Source: the human T2T-CHM13v2.0 reference genome, Homo sapiens. From it: DNA of 64,000 nt. Within the stretch, counting starts at the first letter, position 1; each line of letters starts with the position of its first letter. Of the stretch, positions 1 through 14,382 are shown piece by piece. The translations under genes and the position numbers were made by a program. Below the pieces are notes generated by a model. It searched no databases and had not been told where the DNA came from. It saw only the letters and a list, made by a program, of their open reading frames with translations. The DNA lies in assembly GCF_009914755.1 (NCBI RefSeq), contig NC_060929.1; one strand, written 5' to 3'.

Positions 1-1933
1 AATGGAGGAACAAGACTTCTGTTGCCTTACAAAAATCATCTGCACAAACACCAATTTGGATGGGGGAAAAGAGATCCCAAAAACTGAAGTAGGAATATTC
101 CAGCCTTATATAGGGAAAGGAATGGGCTAACTAAACCTTGCTAGGCCTTGTGACAGGCTTATTCTTGTATGGGGCTGGAACTGTCAGACACAATGTGTCC
201 GGACATTCCTCCCCCATGGTAGGCTGCACTTGACCTTTTACTGCTTTGATTAAAATTAAGCCTCCTATGTAGCTTGCCAGGAGGGAGAAGGAACAGTTTC
301 CTCAGTAGGCTTGGGGGTTGTATTTCATGACTCATACAGGTATAAATTAGCACTCAGGGGCTTGTGTGTGTGTCTATTTTCAGTCTAAGTTTGGCTACTC
401 TAAATCACTTCTGAAGGAGAAGTTAGGGTATATCTTCTAGAGGCCTGAGGCCAGACTCTGTATCAAAGGGAATTTACACACTCAGTGGAGTTCTGTCCTT
501 CGTGATTGTGGACAACAGCTGTTCTCAGTAATCCCCTACCAACTCTCAAGTGCCATGAGCCGCAGCAGTGAATCAGAAACTCCTAGTTGCACTTGCTCTC
601 CTGTTGATCCTCCATCCCCAGTGATTCCAGGCATGGATCATTTTTACTGACTTTGATTCCTTTTAAAATAATAACATCCATCATTTGTCATTAGTTGAAT
701 GTATTTTTCACTACTTAAGAGTTTAACTTTTTTTTTTTTTAGGAAGAACAGCATGTGTTTAAAATCAAGTAAATCAGCATTTTAAATTAGTAGCAAAATC
801 AGTGCTAATTTTGTATCTTCTATAATTTCACAGAAATATATAGAAACTAAATATATAAAAACTAAATTAAAATAATTTATTTGAAAAATGTCTACCTAAA
901 AATAGGTTGAATTTCTATTTTTTCTTCATATTTAATTGATAACAAATGGAAATACCAAATAAGGGATGTACTGGCATTATGTAAAATCTTAGCAGTTTTG
1001 TAGCAAAAATAAGCCTCTCTGGGATAAAACTTAAAAAAAAATCATATGCTGATCACTCCCTAGCTTTATATATATGATTAAATGGCTGGTTGCCTTTAGT
1101 TTAAATATGGTAATAAAATAATAGAAAGCTTCAATAGTAGTGACATGATGCATCTGGTGGCTCTAATTTTCTGTCACTGAATAGGTATTTGTACAGCCCT
1201 TAAGACATTAGAAATTGGACTCAAAACATGTCAAGTGAAATGTGTCTTAAGCAGTTGGTGATTTCTTTTAGTATCCAAAATCCGTGAGAAGTAATTGTCT
1301 CAATAACCCTAGGGTCCTTTATTCTTTTATCATAATTTAAATCTGTATGAGTCTTTTCTTCTTAGGTGAAAAAAAGCAAGAGCTTTTCCTTCAATGTGTT
1401 AAACCCCTCTTTACGTCCACAGTTGTTGAGAACTTTTTCAAAGAATGTTATTTTTGATTGAGCTTTCCTCCACATAAGGCACTTCAAGTTGTGCCCTGTG
1501 GAACTTCCAGCAAAAGTGGGCAAGGGGCCTGCACCAACTTTTTGTAAGTTCCAAAATAAAGAAATTCCCCATCCCCTCAGGGTTTTAGCGGATGCTGTTG
1601 CCTCTGCCTGCAAAACGACTCCCATCCCATTCCTTCTGGTTAAATGTCACTTTGTTCTTTAGGTCTCAGTTGAAAAGTCATTCCCATAAGTAATATCACA
1701 CTGTTTCACTGTTGCTCCAAGCCAGGGCAGGCTTCCTTCTTATGCATCCATACTACACCTTATTTTTCTCTTTATGAAGACTTATCTCAATTAAATTCTT
1801 ATTTGGGTTACCAGTTTAGCATTTACCCCTCCCTCTCAATAGACAAAGAGCATTTTAAAGGGCAGCACCATGATTGTTACGATTCCTACAGTACCACCAC
1901 TGCCTGGCAGCGTTCCCAACCCATGAAAGGAAC

Positions 1934-2001
1934 TGGATGGATGGGTGGGAAGATGGGTGCATGGTTGGATGAATAAGTTGATGGATGGGTAAATGGATGG
2001 A
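1934..2001 (+). repeat. Degenerate (TGGA)n simple repeat
   Basis: tggatggatgggtggg...tggatgaat...atggatgggtaaatggatgg. Confidence 0.75.
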
Positions 2002-2904
2002 AGAAAGATGCTAGTTCTATCTGTACTGGAAAGAGTCTCTGTATCTACAGAGGGAGTGCATTGACTGCAAAAGGCCCAATCTAAAACTGGACCTAAGTTG
2101 CATTTGGGAAGCATACACTCCCCAATCAGCCATCATGCAGGTCCAAGGAGTGTCTCTGAGGCCCTGGGAGCATATCTGAAAAGCAGGGAAGCAAATGGGG
2201 CAAGTGCTGTTCACATGTGGGTGATCTCAGGAAAGGCCAATTGGAGGTGAGCACTTTTCAGTCCTAACCATGTGAGTCACTTTTCTAGTTACAGATAAAG
2301 AAAATCTCTACACAAATTCTAAATAATAAATGTTGCAATACACTTTAAGTAACATGATATGATGTAATTTATATGAAGTACAACTCAAGCAACTAAGTGG
2401 CATTTGTCCAGCTCTTAGCCTTTTGTATCTACCGCTTAAGCATAGAGAAGTTGTAATTTCTGTGCTTCAGTCTCTTAGGCATGCCTTATTTAATTACCAA
2501 ACTTACTCCAAGGAGAGATTGCCTATCGTGTATTAAGATTCTCATGAATAGGCACTTTCACCACCCTGCATCCTCCACAAAAAGTGATACAGTGACCATC
2601 TATACTGACACCCAAAGCCGAAAGGCTGGCGCTTCTCGTAAAATCAGAAACATGCTCAACATTTACCTTGTTTGGTTAGTTAAGATAAACCAGATAATAA
2701 TCAATGTCTTTTATCAAAATCCAGAACCAAGTGAGTCAACAAGCACTTCAGAGAACCTACAATTGAAGGACTGTGGAAGTCATTCTGCAAAATAAATCAG
2801 CAGGAAAACATGAACTCTACATGAGAAGAAAGATATTGACTTAGACAAACATTCAAACGAGAAGCAGAATAAAAATGCTTCTTAAGTAAATGGAAAATAT
2901 GATG

Positions 2905-3110
2905 GAAAAACATGGCTTTTTGAGTCAGACAGGTCTTGATCAAGTGTGATTTATCTTACTAACCAGCTAGCTCACTACCCTGGGCTTCAGCTTTCTTAAT
3001 TCACAATTAACACTGTGGCCTCCTAGGGCTGAGTGAGTTTTGAGTAACAACATATGAAAGCCCTTAATACAGGGCTTGGCACAAAGTAAGAACTGAACAA
3101 GTATTTGTTC
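2905..3110. mobile_element. MIR remnant
   Basis: MIR-like blocks 'ggctttttgagtcagacagg', 'gggcttcagctttcttaat', 'gaaagcccttaatacagggcttggcacaaagtaag'; boundaries approximate. Confidence 0.6.
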
Positions 3111-6100
3111 TCCTCAGTCCCCGCCGCCCCCACTCATTATTGAACTGTGTAATACAAATAAAATCTAATCAGAAAATCAGTGCACATTTTGTAATGCAAG
3201 CCAGTTCAAACAGAGTTAAGGAACCAAGAGGTGAAGTTATACTGACCTTCAGAGAAGTCCCACAGATGGGATGGCAATAGGATTAGAATGTATTTTATTA
3301 CATTAGAACCTTCAGAGTGACTTATGAAAGCAATTAGGATGATAAAAAGACATATCATTTGAGCAAGCTATTTAAAATGTGAGAGTGTTCTGCAATGTTT
3401 AGAGCCATTGCTGACGCCCACATTTTGAAAGAAAGTTGTCTATTCCCAACACCGGGAGATCACTTGTGCTTAACAAGTTATCATAAACAAGGGAAGTGCC
3501 CAGAATAACCAGCATTTTGATTTGTATTCACCCTGAGGCAGTCAAAGGAGCCATAAACCTTGTTTTTATTTGCAGAGATGACCTAACTGAAGATGGGGGA
3601 GTTGTTACTATTCCCTTTGCAGGTTATCATTAGGTAATAAATAAAGAATGATGGATTGCAGCTACTAAGCCAAAAAGAAGCTAGGATCTTTTATAGCACA
3701 TGTCTAGCTGAAATGTACAAGTATGTGTAGAAGACTTGGGTGAGTAAATATTGAATGTTTAAGAATAAAGGGCTGTGCAGAATAGGCAGACCATAAGTAA
3801 AAGCAAAAGTCATTATCTGTTCCTTAAGAAGGCCCCAAATTTAATGTAGCCTTATCTTCACCATTCAGCACCATTGTTCTGAATTTCTAGTGTTGCTTTG
3901 ACATGTAACATAATTATATGTTTACTACTTTAAAACTTTCTTGGATCTAATGTCAATCCTAATTATCTATTCTGCCTTCAGTAGTTCAGTATATTGTCCA
4001 TTGGGAAATAGTGGTGGGCTCATGCAGTCTAGTTAAATCCCACTGACTCCCAGTACTTTGAAGTTTGCTGTGATTACCCCATGAAAAGTTAGAGCAATAC
4101 CTCCTCTACTAGATGAAGAACCAGAGCTACTTCGTTTATAAAAATGTAGAAGAATTATCTATGCCCACGTATTTGAAATAGACCCAAGTCTAAAGTCTTG
4201 AAATACCTGCAACTGCAACCCCAGGCTGTGGTGGGTGCAAAATCTTTATGGGATAAATAATTTCCTCTGAATTTGGTTTCTCAAATACTGACTGGGTCAT
4301 GCACAAGTTTACATTTACTTAAACTAGTGAAAGTGCACCTGATCTTGTCTTAAAACTTTACAAACTTAAAAATATACCAAAAAAAAAAAAAACCAGCTTT
4401 ACTTGACCTCAGGCCTAAGTTACATGTGTGCACCATTGGCTGAGAACTGGCAAACCCAGCTTTTAGTCCCACCAGAGAGGACAAGTGCCCTGGGAGCCCT
4501 GTGCCTTTATGTGTATACAAAAAACACAGTGTTCGATAGATTTGGGCACATTTGTCTTAAAGTGTTAACTATCTTAGAATAATTTGCTAATCTCACAGAT
4601 TGCAATTTAAATGTAAAAATATCTTAAAAGCCCATACCTTAGTAATCACATTATTGAGTGTCAGCTTTCAGTTACATATACACTAGTTTATTACCTATAT
4701 TTTTGTATGCACATGGCATTATCTATACTATGATAAAATCAAGAGTTATCTGTTCTATCCAACAGACATATGCAACTATGAAGGCCAAGCATATTAAGTA
4801 CGTTTTGACATTGTATCACATTCCATTGTACAGTTTGCAGATTCATCCTGTTATTTGGCAATTATTCACAGTTTAGATTTCACCTTCATCTTCTGCACTC
4901 TAAAATGGATTAGAGTTGGATACTTTCAAGAGGTCATTTTTGTTTGATCTTGATTTCAAAGTCAACAACAACCAACTTCTTTCTCCAGTTTCCACCTTTC
5001 ATCCACCCTTTGTCAATGGTGTGGCTGACTCCAGGCTCTGTCATGGGATAAGGGGACATAACACAGCTGTCCTAGATACAATGCACATATGGGTGAAACT
5101 GTAGAGTCGATAAGTATAATGGACAGTTAATTATCATGTTGGGCAAAATATCAGTAGATACGTAGATGTGTCAGAAGAGTCTGGTTGCTGTTGCCACCAT
5201 GTGTGGTTGGATGCTGTGGATAATTTCTTTTGTGATGAGCTAAATTTCCAAATTTCCATACTGTCTTAATTCACCTTCCATTCACAGGTCCTTTCCACTA
5301 TTTTTCTCTTCACATTAATACCATTCTTGTAGCCCACATTCACAGCCCTTACCTAGAAGAGTAGCTTCTGATGCACTCAATAATATATTTTCTATCATAG
5401 GAAGAGCAGACACATTCTTTGACCTGCTTCATTTATGTGGGTCTTCAGAAATGGTTCTTCTGCTCCCTGTAACTAGATAATGGCTGGGGCAGGGGACAGG
5501 GACTGTGAAAGTTTTATGCAAAGGGCATTATTTATCTTACTGTTCTTTTTCAACACACATATCCCTTTTCTCCAACTCCCAAACCAAAGCTTGGGAGAAA
5601 AACGTTTTCTCATCTTTAGTGTACCCCAGTACCAAGGCATACTTGTAATCTAATTTCCATACTTGGTTGTTATGGAGCAAGCCTATGGTGAATTCTGCTT
5701 TATTACGATAGACGTATGCATGTTAAAGTATGTGCCAGTGATATAATTTGAATAGTTTCCAATAAAATCTGAAAATGTACCCATTATAAGTCGGGAAAAT
5801 AATTGATATTGAAACAAGCACCTACTGTATGCCAGGCATTTAAAAAATTATTTTAGGCAGATTCATTACAGGAGCTACTATTGCATTTAATTATATTAAC
5901 ATTATGAGAAACATTTTTATTCCTATTTTATTTAAGGGAAATCTGCCAATCAGACCCATTATCTAACCTGCCAAAAGTTGACATCTAACAAGGGTGAGAG
6001 CCCGGAAACCACAGCATGGCTATGGGATCTCAGTGTAAAGGCTGAGCATTTGACCAGGCATCCGTTATCTCCTCCCAGGAACATTCCCATGAGCATCCTT

Positions 6101-6336
6101 GGAGTCTAATTGATTGTTTGGGCAACATTGGGTATTGGAGGGAAAAGAGGAACTTAGATGTACAAAGTCTGTGCTTTTAATCACTTTGGTGCATGCACGG
6201 GGAACAGCTCTGCAATTCTGTATGACCTTGCTGAGAAAGCCAGGATTCCTACAGAGAATTCTGGAGGGCTTCTTTAACTTTCATAGCTCTGGTGGCTATC
6301 AGCTCCCATGATTATATGATTGAGTGATGAAAGACC

Positions 6337-6419
6337 AGAGAGAGAGAGAAAAAGAGAGAGAGAGGAGAAGAGAAGAGAAGAGAGGAGAGGAGAGGAGAGG
6401 AGAGGAGAGGAAGAGAGAA
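6337..6419 (+). repeat. Pure polypurine (GA)n/(GAGAA)n/(GAGAG)n tract
   Basis: 83 consecutive purines read directly. Confidence 0.95.
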
Positions 6420-6937
6420 TATGGTAGACAGACAGAAAAACACATACATTTAAAGCATTTTTAGATCAAAAACTAATTGAAAGAAGCCTACAGAGATTTC
6501 CAGTCCTAGAGAGTGGATGGTCTCCTTAGTTCAGCTTGATTCACAGCTATCTGGAATTCTGCATTTATTGTGGACATAACAGCAATAGTTCCAACAGCAT
6601 TATTTCCATTTAATGTGGCCAAGCCAAAAATGCTCGTGGAGAATTTACAGGAAGGTGACTTCAGGGAGCTTCGTGGTAACAGCCACCACTGCCTGACCAA
6701 AAAGGGTGAGGGTCTCACCTGCAAATTGCTGAGAGAATAGGTATTGGGGCATTTTTATTTATTTATTCACTTATTTTGTGGAGAAAAATATGTAACTTGC
6801 CAGGAACCATCCTTGTCAATGAGTGACAAGCATACACACTGCTATACAGTGATTTTAGAAAATTCTTTTTAGAAACCTTTTGTTTTGCTAAATTATTTTA
6901 TTGGGTAACCTGAGCATAAATAACTTCACTGCCTGCT

Positions 6938-6983
6938 TTGGTTTGGCTGTGTCCCCACCCAAGTCTCATCTGAATTGTGGTTA
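6938..6983. mobile_element. Very short THE1/MST (MaLR) LTR-end fragment
   Basis: 'tggtttggctgtgtccccacccaagtctcatctgaattgtg' resembles the THE1 terminal sequence. Confidence 0.55.
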
Positions 6984-8126
6984 CCGCATCATCTGAAGAT
7001 TATACAATTTGAGCTAGCATCCTGAAAGATCATTCATAACTTTTCTAATCCCCACAGGATTCTGACATGTATGAGAGTATATGCAGTCATATATACAACT
7101 GGGGCTGGAATTTATGAATGGTCAAATTTGGTAGCCACAGCAACAGATGTTTAAGGTAATGGCCTGGGGTGTTACATGTGTAAGGGAAGTCATGTAGAAT
7201 ATGAGTATTGGTACAAATTATCATCCTCAGGCCCTACAGTGCAAAAGCCATGATGAGGCCATGTCTTTAGTCTGTGTCAGTGAACTTAATGGATGGTTGT
7301 TGTACTCAGTATTGCTTTCGATATTTATCTATTTGCCATCAGAAAATTTTGGTGTCTAAGGTCAACTTGCTTGAGAGTAAGGAAATGTCAGTAATAACAA
7401 ACTCCACTTAAAGTCAGATGGTGTCCTAGCAGTCCTTTGGATATGTGGTGGACACCCCACAACACCATGCTTTCCTGCAGAGGCCATGTCCTGCTCCCTG
7501 ACTGCAGGGCTGAGGAGAAAAACAAACACAACAAACAGAGCACAGGGTGAACAGGAACTAGCCCTTTGTGATCCATGTGGTGTATCCCAGTGTTGAGTTT
7601 GTGAATCTTACTAAACATGTCCTTTATCACACCCCACCCACACCGGCTGAGGCAGAATATTTGGGGAAGGAAGATCTTCTGAGATGATTCCCACAGACAA
7701 GAGTTCTGAGTATCATGGGTGGATATGCAGAAGGCGGCAAACTCCATAGGTAACCTTCAACCTATCAGTCCCGTTTTCAGCGCAGATACATTCAGTTCCT
7801 GTTGTATGCCCGCAGCTGGGAACCCACAAGTGAAAATATCTCTGACCTTCCATTTCGGGCTGCCCTGTGCAGTGGCAGTGTGGAGGAGGCAGGAAACAAC
7901 TGGTCTCAAATCATAGCTGCCTTTAGAGTGACGTTGCTGAAAGGGAAACAAAGACTCTTGTCCACAATCTTGCTGTGTTCTGCATAAGTCAAGGGGAGCG
8001 AGTTTGGCACATGACGCCTTCCTGGCACTGGCTGCAGTCTCTCAGCTTTCTTAGTTGCCTCTGTGTTCTTTTGTAAGGAATCTAGCCCTTCAGTCAGCCT
8101 TCTGAGTCTTTGTGCTGCACTGTTAG

Positions 8127-8552
<426 letters not shown>

Positions 8553-8574
8553 AGCTTTGTTCTGTTTTCTAAAT

Positions 8575-9010
8575 GCTTTATTGAGGTATGATTTACATAA
8601 CTACCCCTCACCACTTGAAGTGCACAGTTCAGTAATTTTTTAGTAAATGTGGAGTTGTGCAACCTTCTTCACAGTTCAGTCTTAGATTATTTCCAGCACC
8701 CAGAAAGCACTCACATACCCCTTAGCAGTCACTCCAGCCCCACCCCAGCCCCAGCAACCACTCCTCTGCTTCCCACCTCCAGTGCCTTTTTTGGCCATTT
8801 CATAGAAATGGAATCACACAACACTGGGTCCTCTGCTCCAGCTTCTTTTGCCAAGTATAATGTGTTTGGATTCATCCATGTTGTGTCTATCAGTACTTCC
8901 CTCCTTTCCATTGCTCAGCGGTGCCCCATCGTATCCCACTGTGTTTATCCATTCACCAGTTAATGGACATTTGGATTGACCGAGCTTCAATGTGTTATCT
9001 ACACAAATGC
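8575..9010 (-). mobile_element. Old L1M (L1MB-ME) 3' fragment
   Basis: 'ctttattgaggtatgatttacata', 'atggaatcaca', 'ttcatccatgttg', 'tttatccattcaccag...tggacatttgg'. Confidence 0.7.
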
Positions 9011-9863
9011 AGCTGCTAATCCCTACCTTGCAAATCTGTTCCAAGGATTATGGATAATATAATAATATGGTATAAAATACCTGGGACAGAGGCAGAGGTG
9101 TAGTAGGTGGTTAATAAGTGAATGCTATCCATGTTGGTATGACTAAGAGAAGAACTATTAATATTGTGTAACTTTCCTGGAAGCTGAACCCTAAAGAGCA
9201 TCGTTGTGAGAGACTGGATATCAACAGCAAAACCGGTAGGAGAAGTACCACTAGTGTCAGAATTAAATAGAGAAAACAGCTGATTCATGAGCTAAGTGCC
9301 AACTTGATGAGCTCAGCATAGAATTTGCCTCAGGCTGGCAGCCTGCTGTGGCCAGAGGGAATGGAGCCATGGGGCCGCACACTGGGATGGAGTGAGTGTG
9401 AGTGCAAAAACATGGGTGAGTTCAGCAATGGCTTATAGGTCCAGGTGACAACCCCTCATGACCCATGGGCTCTGATGAGAAACACATGTGCGTGCCTGGC
9501 TTTCTCTCACCCCGCCTGCCAGTGTGGCCGCCTCCTCTGCCCTTACTCAGGCAATAGCTATCCTGAATCATCTGCGACTCCCTCGCACTGTCCTTAGCCT
9601 TTCGGTCATTTTCAACAGCACAGAGTCCTGCACCCACTTTATCTCCTGTCTTCCACAGGTCCCCATGCACTGCCTTTATTCTTTAAAAATATGTCCTGTA
9701 AACTTGATTGATAACTCTAAAATATCTCTTTTTTTGCCATCTTTGAAGTTTATTTAATCTACAGTCATCCTGTGAAATAGTTATGGATTTATCCTCTAAT
9801 TGGGAACATGGAAACTGGGTATCTGGACATACAGTTACTCTCTCCCCCTGCCCCACTCACCAT

Positions 9864-9923
9864 CACACACACACACACACACACAAACACACATACATAC
9901 ACACACACACACATGCACACACA
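9864..9923 (+). repeat. Interrupted (CA)n microsatellite
   Basis: Read directly. Confidence 0.95.
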
Positions 9924-10729
9924 CGGAGCTCATGCCCTGAAGACAGGCAGAGTCAGAACTTGCACCAGCTCTCTGACCTCAGAAGCCACCACTGGCTATC
10001 CGATGACCACTGTGTGTGCTACAGACCTGGGTCTAATATGAGCTGCACCTTTAAGAGCAACATGGCATGGCTGGAGGGTCTTGAGCTCCCAGAGAGCCTG
10101 GGGGAAACCAACACTGGCCAGGGGGTGCAGGCTCCTGGGAAGGCTTCCTGCGGGAGTCCTGGGCTGTATTCCCAGAGACAACGCTGCAAAGTTGTCAGTA
10201 GAGGGTGATCTGGTTTATAAATCAGTAGAGAAAAAAATTATAAGGGATTCCAGAGTGATAGTAGCCAGATGACAAGTGTAGCTCTCTGAGGAAGAAGATG
10301 GCAATGTCTCAGATAGCACAGAAAATCCCAAAACTTTGAGCTGTCCCTTCCATAGGATGAGCTAAAAGATAATTTCCAAGACAGTGTTTCCAGTTGGAAA
10401 ATAAGGCCCTGCTGAACTATTATTATTAATTGGTGAAAGTATCATATGTGAATATTTTGCAAAGAACACACATGTCAGTGGCTGCCACGTGGAACTGCAG
10501 GTCCTTACAGCATCTCTTCCCTCCGCTGGGCCCACGGCCTTCCCTCCTGTATGCTCACAGCCAGCTGCTCGCTTCATCAAAGCCGTCACTGAAATAATAA
10601 CCCTATTTAATGATGACCCTACCTGATGACCCTATGTAAAAGTCAAACCCTTTTTCCTGCACTCTGACATCTGTTTTCATCCAGAATTGTTTATTTCTCT
10701 TCTTCTTTTTTTGTACTGCTCATTACCTG

Positions 10730-10915
10730 TTAACTTCTTATGCTTCACATTTTATGATGACTACTGTTGATTATCAGTTCCCCCACCCACATTGGAACCT
10801 AAGCTTCATGAGGATGAGGATATTTGCATAGTTTATCCATTGTTGTGTCTGGATTGTGTAGTAGAGTGCCTGTCTCATAACAGGCAGTTCATGAATAGTG
10901 ACTGAATGACTGAAC
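10730..10915. mobile_element. L2 3'-end remnant
   Basis: 'taagcttcatgaggatgagga', 'agagtgcctgtctcataacaggcagttcatgaata...tgaatgactgaa'. Confidence 0.6.
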
Positions 10916-11401
10916 AAAAACACTACACTCCCTGGATAAGAGAGACTGAGTTTGTTCCACGGTATGGAATGAGATTCATGTCTAAAGGTGACATAGGGTA
11001 TCTTATGTCCCAGGAATATATTCAGTCCTTTGACTGATGATCATTTGCTTCAATATTTCTCTTTGTGTCTTTGGAATGTACAGGTACAGGATCTCAGAAT
11101 CTTAAGTTTTGGTTGTTCTTAGTTCAGATGTTTTTGTGTCAACCAAAGCAGTCTTATTGATTAATCAGTCTAGGTTGGCGTGTTCTAAATATTTTAGCTG
11201 GGACAGTTTTAGAAGGTCGCTAGTGAGTGTGATTTCTAAATTGCCCCTAACTGGGCTATGTGTGCTACTTATACAGAAATATCGTAGCCACTTCTCCTTT
11301 GTCTAGCGAATTAGCCTTAAGTAAGCTTTCAAAGATGTGTTAATTACCCAGGGTTCCAGAGCCTTGCTCTCCACAAGTGCTTTGCCCTGGGATACAAATG
11401 T

Positions 11402-11632
11402 CTGTGCTGTTCAGGGTAGTAGCCACCCGCCACATGTGGCAATTGAGGAGTTGAAGGCCTAAACGTTAAATTTTATTTGATTTTAATTTATTTAAACTTA
11501 AATTTGAATACCCATGTGGGGCTGTTCAGTAACTGGAGAAGTGAGTTTTTAACTGTATCCAATTTTAATTAATTTAAATTTAAATGTGCATAGCCACATG
11601 TGGCTCATGTCTACCATGTTGAGTAGCCCACA
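11402..11632. mobile_element. MER3/MER33-like hAT-Charlie MITE
   Basis: Termini 'ctgtgctgttca..gtagccac..gccacatgtggc' and 'tagccacatgtggct..tg..taccatgttg'; AT-rich core 'ttttaattaatttaaatttaaa' present twice. Confidence 0.75.
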
Positions 11633-11973
11633 TCTGGAAGGCTTCATCTAATAGACTTAGATCCTTTTAGTATGTTGGCCTGAAAGATGTCACAGAATTG
11701 AAAAGCGTAACAAATATAACTACAAATGCAACAACAAATTCACTAATGTAAAGTAACAATACTTATTATGATGACATTTAATCTCCAAGAAAAGTTCCAT
11801 CACTTATTTTAAATCTCAGTCATATATCATCTATTTTCTTGACCTTTTAATATTTTCCTTCATTCCATTTTTATGAGGCATGTCCATTTTGGTGTAAAAA
11901 TTAGCTCTTGAATTGTCTTGACTCCTTTAATATTCTCATTGTTTTACTCTTTTACGTCTTTATTTATCCGAAA

Positions 11974-11976
<3 letters not shown>

Positions 11977-12006
<30 letters not shown>
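11977..12006 (+). repeat. (TTA)n microsatellite, about 10 units
   Basis: Read directly. Confidence 0.9.
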
Positions 12007-12007
<1 letters not shown>

Positions 12008-12161
12008 TTACAATTCCTTTCTGGTTTGCGGGTGGTCATTCTTTGCACTTTTTAAAAACTCTTCAAGTTAATGCCTAGTTTATTTATTTTCTTTACTTTT
12101 AATTAAAAAAAAGCATTCAGGACTTTAAATGTCTCTAATTGCACCATAAGTAACTATCACC

Positions 12162-12404
12162 ATTTTTATTATATTTTTATTTTTTTATTATATTATTATA
12201 TATATTATATTATATATAATATATAATTATATTTTTATATATTATATTATATATAATATATATAATTATAATTATATATTATATTTATATAATAATTATA
12301 ATTATATAATTATATAAAATATAATATATAATAATTATAATTTTATAATTATATAATTATATAAAATATAATTATATAATTATATTTTATTATATTTTAT
12401 TATA
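12162..12404. repeat. About 240-bp pure A/T low-complexity tract
   Basis: No G or C seen; TATAAT, TATAT and ATTAT units. Confidence 0.95.
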
Positions 12405-13869
12405 GATAGAGCCCTTATTTTCCACTTTATAATTAACTAATTGTTATAATCTTCTTTTCTTTTTGATCTAGTAGTTACTGATTAGCAAGGAGCAGCTAAC
12501 AAGCTGGGTCAGGAGTATCCTAACACATTGAATCTGGGATAGCCCCTGAGCCCCGGATTCCTCTCAATAGTACTGTGCAGTGCCGCTTCCTCCATCTCAT
12601 GAGGTAGTGTTACGTATCCTACCTCATACCCATAGCATGGGTATCCTATGGCATGGGGGCTAGATGTTTTGGGATTTGATTTCTCACTTCCTGGCTTGGA
12701 AACTCAGGTTGATGGCTTAATCCTTCATAGGTATCAGTTCCTACAACCTCTTCACAGGTCTACAGCAAAGACCAATAAACTAATACCTATGAAATGCAGT
12801 TCCTTGCATAGATGACAGGCTCAGTAAATGGAAGTTCTATTTAATAATTATCACTGTGCTCCTTCTGGCAACATTTCTTGTTTCAACGTAGAAGGAAATA
12901 CTAGCCTTTGGAAAACATTCATGCTTAGCTGCTACGAATTCTCACAGAAGGCCCCTCCAGTTTTGTTAAATGTCCAGCGAAGGCTGAAGAGGGACCTAGG
13001 AGGACCCCCACATTCATTCGTCATTGCCCAGCACACTCAGTCTCCTGGAATTTTGTTTTCCATGTTAGTTGTACTATCTGGGACCTCTCATGACTGGATA
13101 TGCACTGTGGAATTCCTAGGTGGGCCTCAGCTGGCTTCTGTATTATCACCTTCCTTGAGCCTTTGGTGTACTGGTCCTCCTCTGTTGCATCTGACAGAGC
13201 CATTAGTGATTTTCCTCCACATGGCTGGTTTGCCTTTCTGCAGCGTTGATTCTTGTCATTAACATTTAATCACACGATTGCTCGCTAGGTGTCCTTGCTG
13301 CATGTTCATAGACCATTCACGGGCTTCTTCTGTGGCTCCTTTTTGAGTGAGAAGCAGGTCGTCCACGCCCAGTTTCTGCTGAGAGGGTGCTTACTGAGTT
13401 CCTGTTCTCGCCTGCTCATGTGCCCTCGGGTTCTTGTCTGGACTTGGGTGGACAGCAGAAGTGGATGTGTCTACTCCCTGGAGATGTGTGTCACCTCCTA
13501 ATTTGATTCTGCTGAACTAATGTTGAGGCTCTTCACCTTCATCTCTAAATATTGGGTCATTTTCTTTATCCATTTGTTTTTTGATGGACATTTAGACTGC
13601 TTCCAAACCATGGCTTTTGAGAATAGTGCTATAATAAACATGGGAGTGCAGATATCTCTTCGATTTTCTTCATTTGGATATATACTTAGGAATAGGATTG
13701 CTGAATCCTATGGTAGCTCTATTTTTAGTTTTTTGAGGAATCTCCGAATTGTTCTACAGAGTGGGTGTACTAATTTACGTTCCTACCAATAGTATACGAG
13801 GATTCCCTCTTCTCCACATCCTCGCCAGCATTTTGTTGCCTGTTCTTCAGGTAAGAGCCATTTTACTGA

Positions 13870-14382
<513 letters not shown>

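Noticed and set aside
5482-5501. G-rich run as a G-quadruplex
   Set aside because: Only three tracts of three or more G.
9783-10208. 141-aa His/Thr-rich ORF
   Set aside because: Driven by the (CA)n repeat; no domain similarity.
12828-13262. 144-aa ORF
   Set aside because: No recognisable domain or splice context; length compatible with chance.
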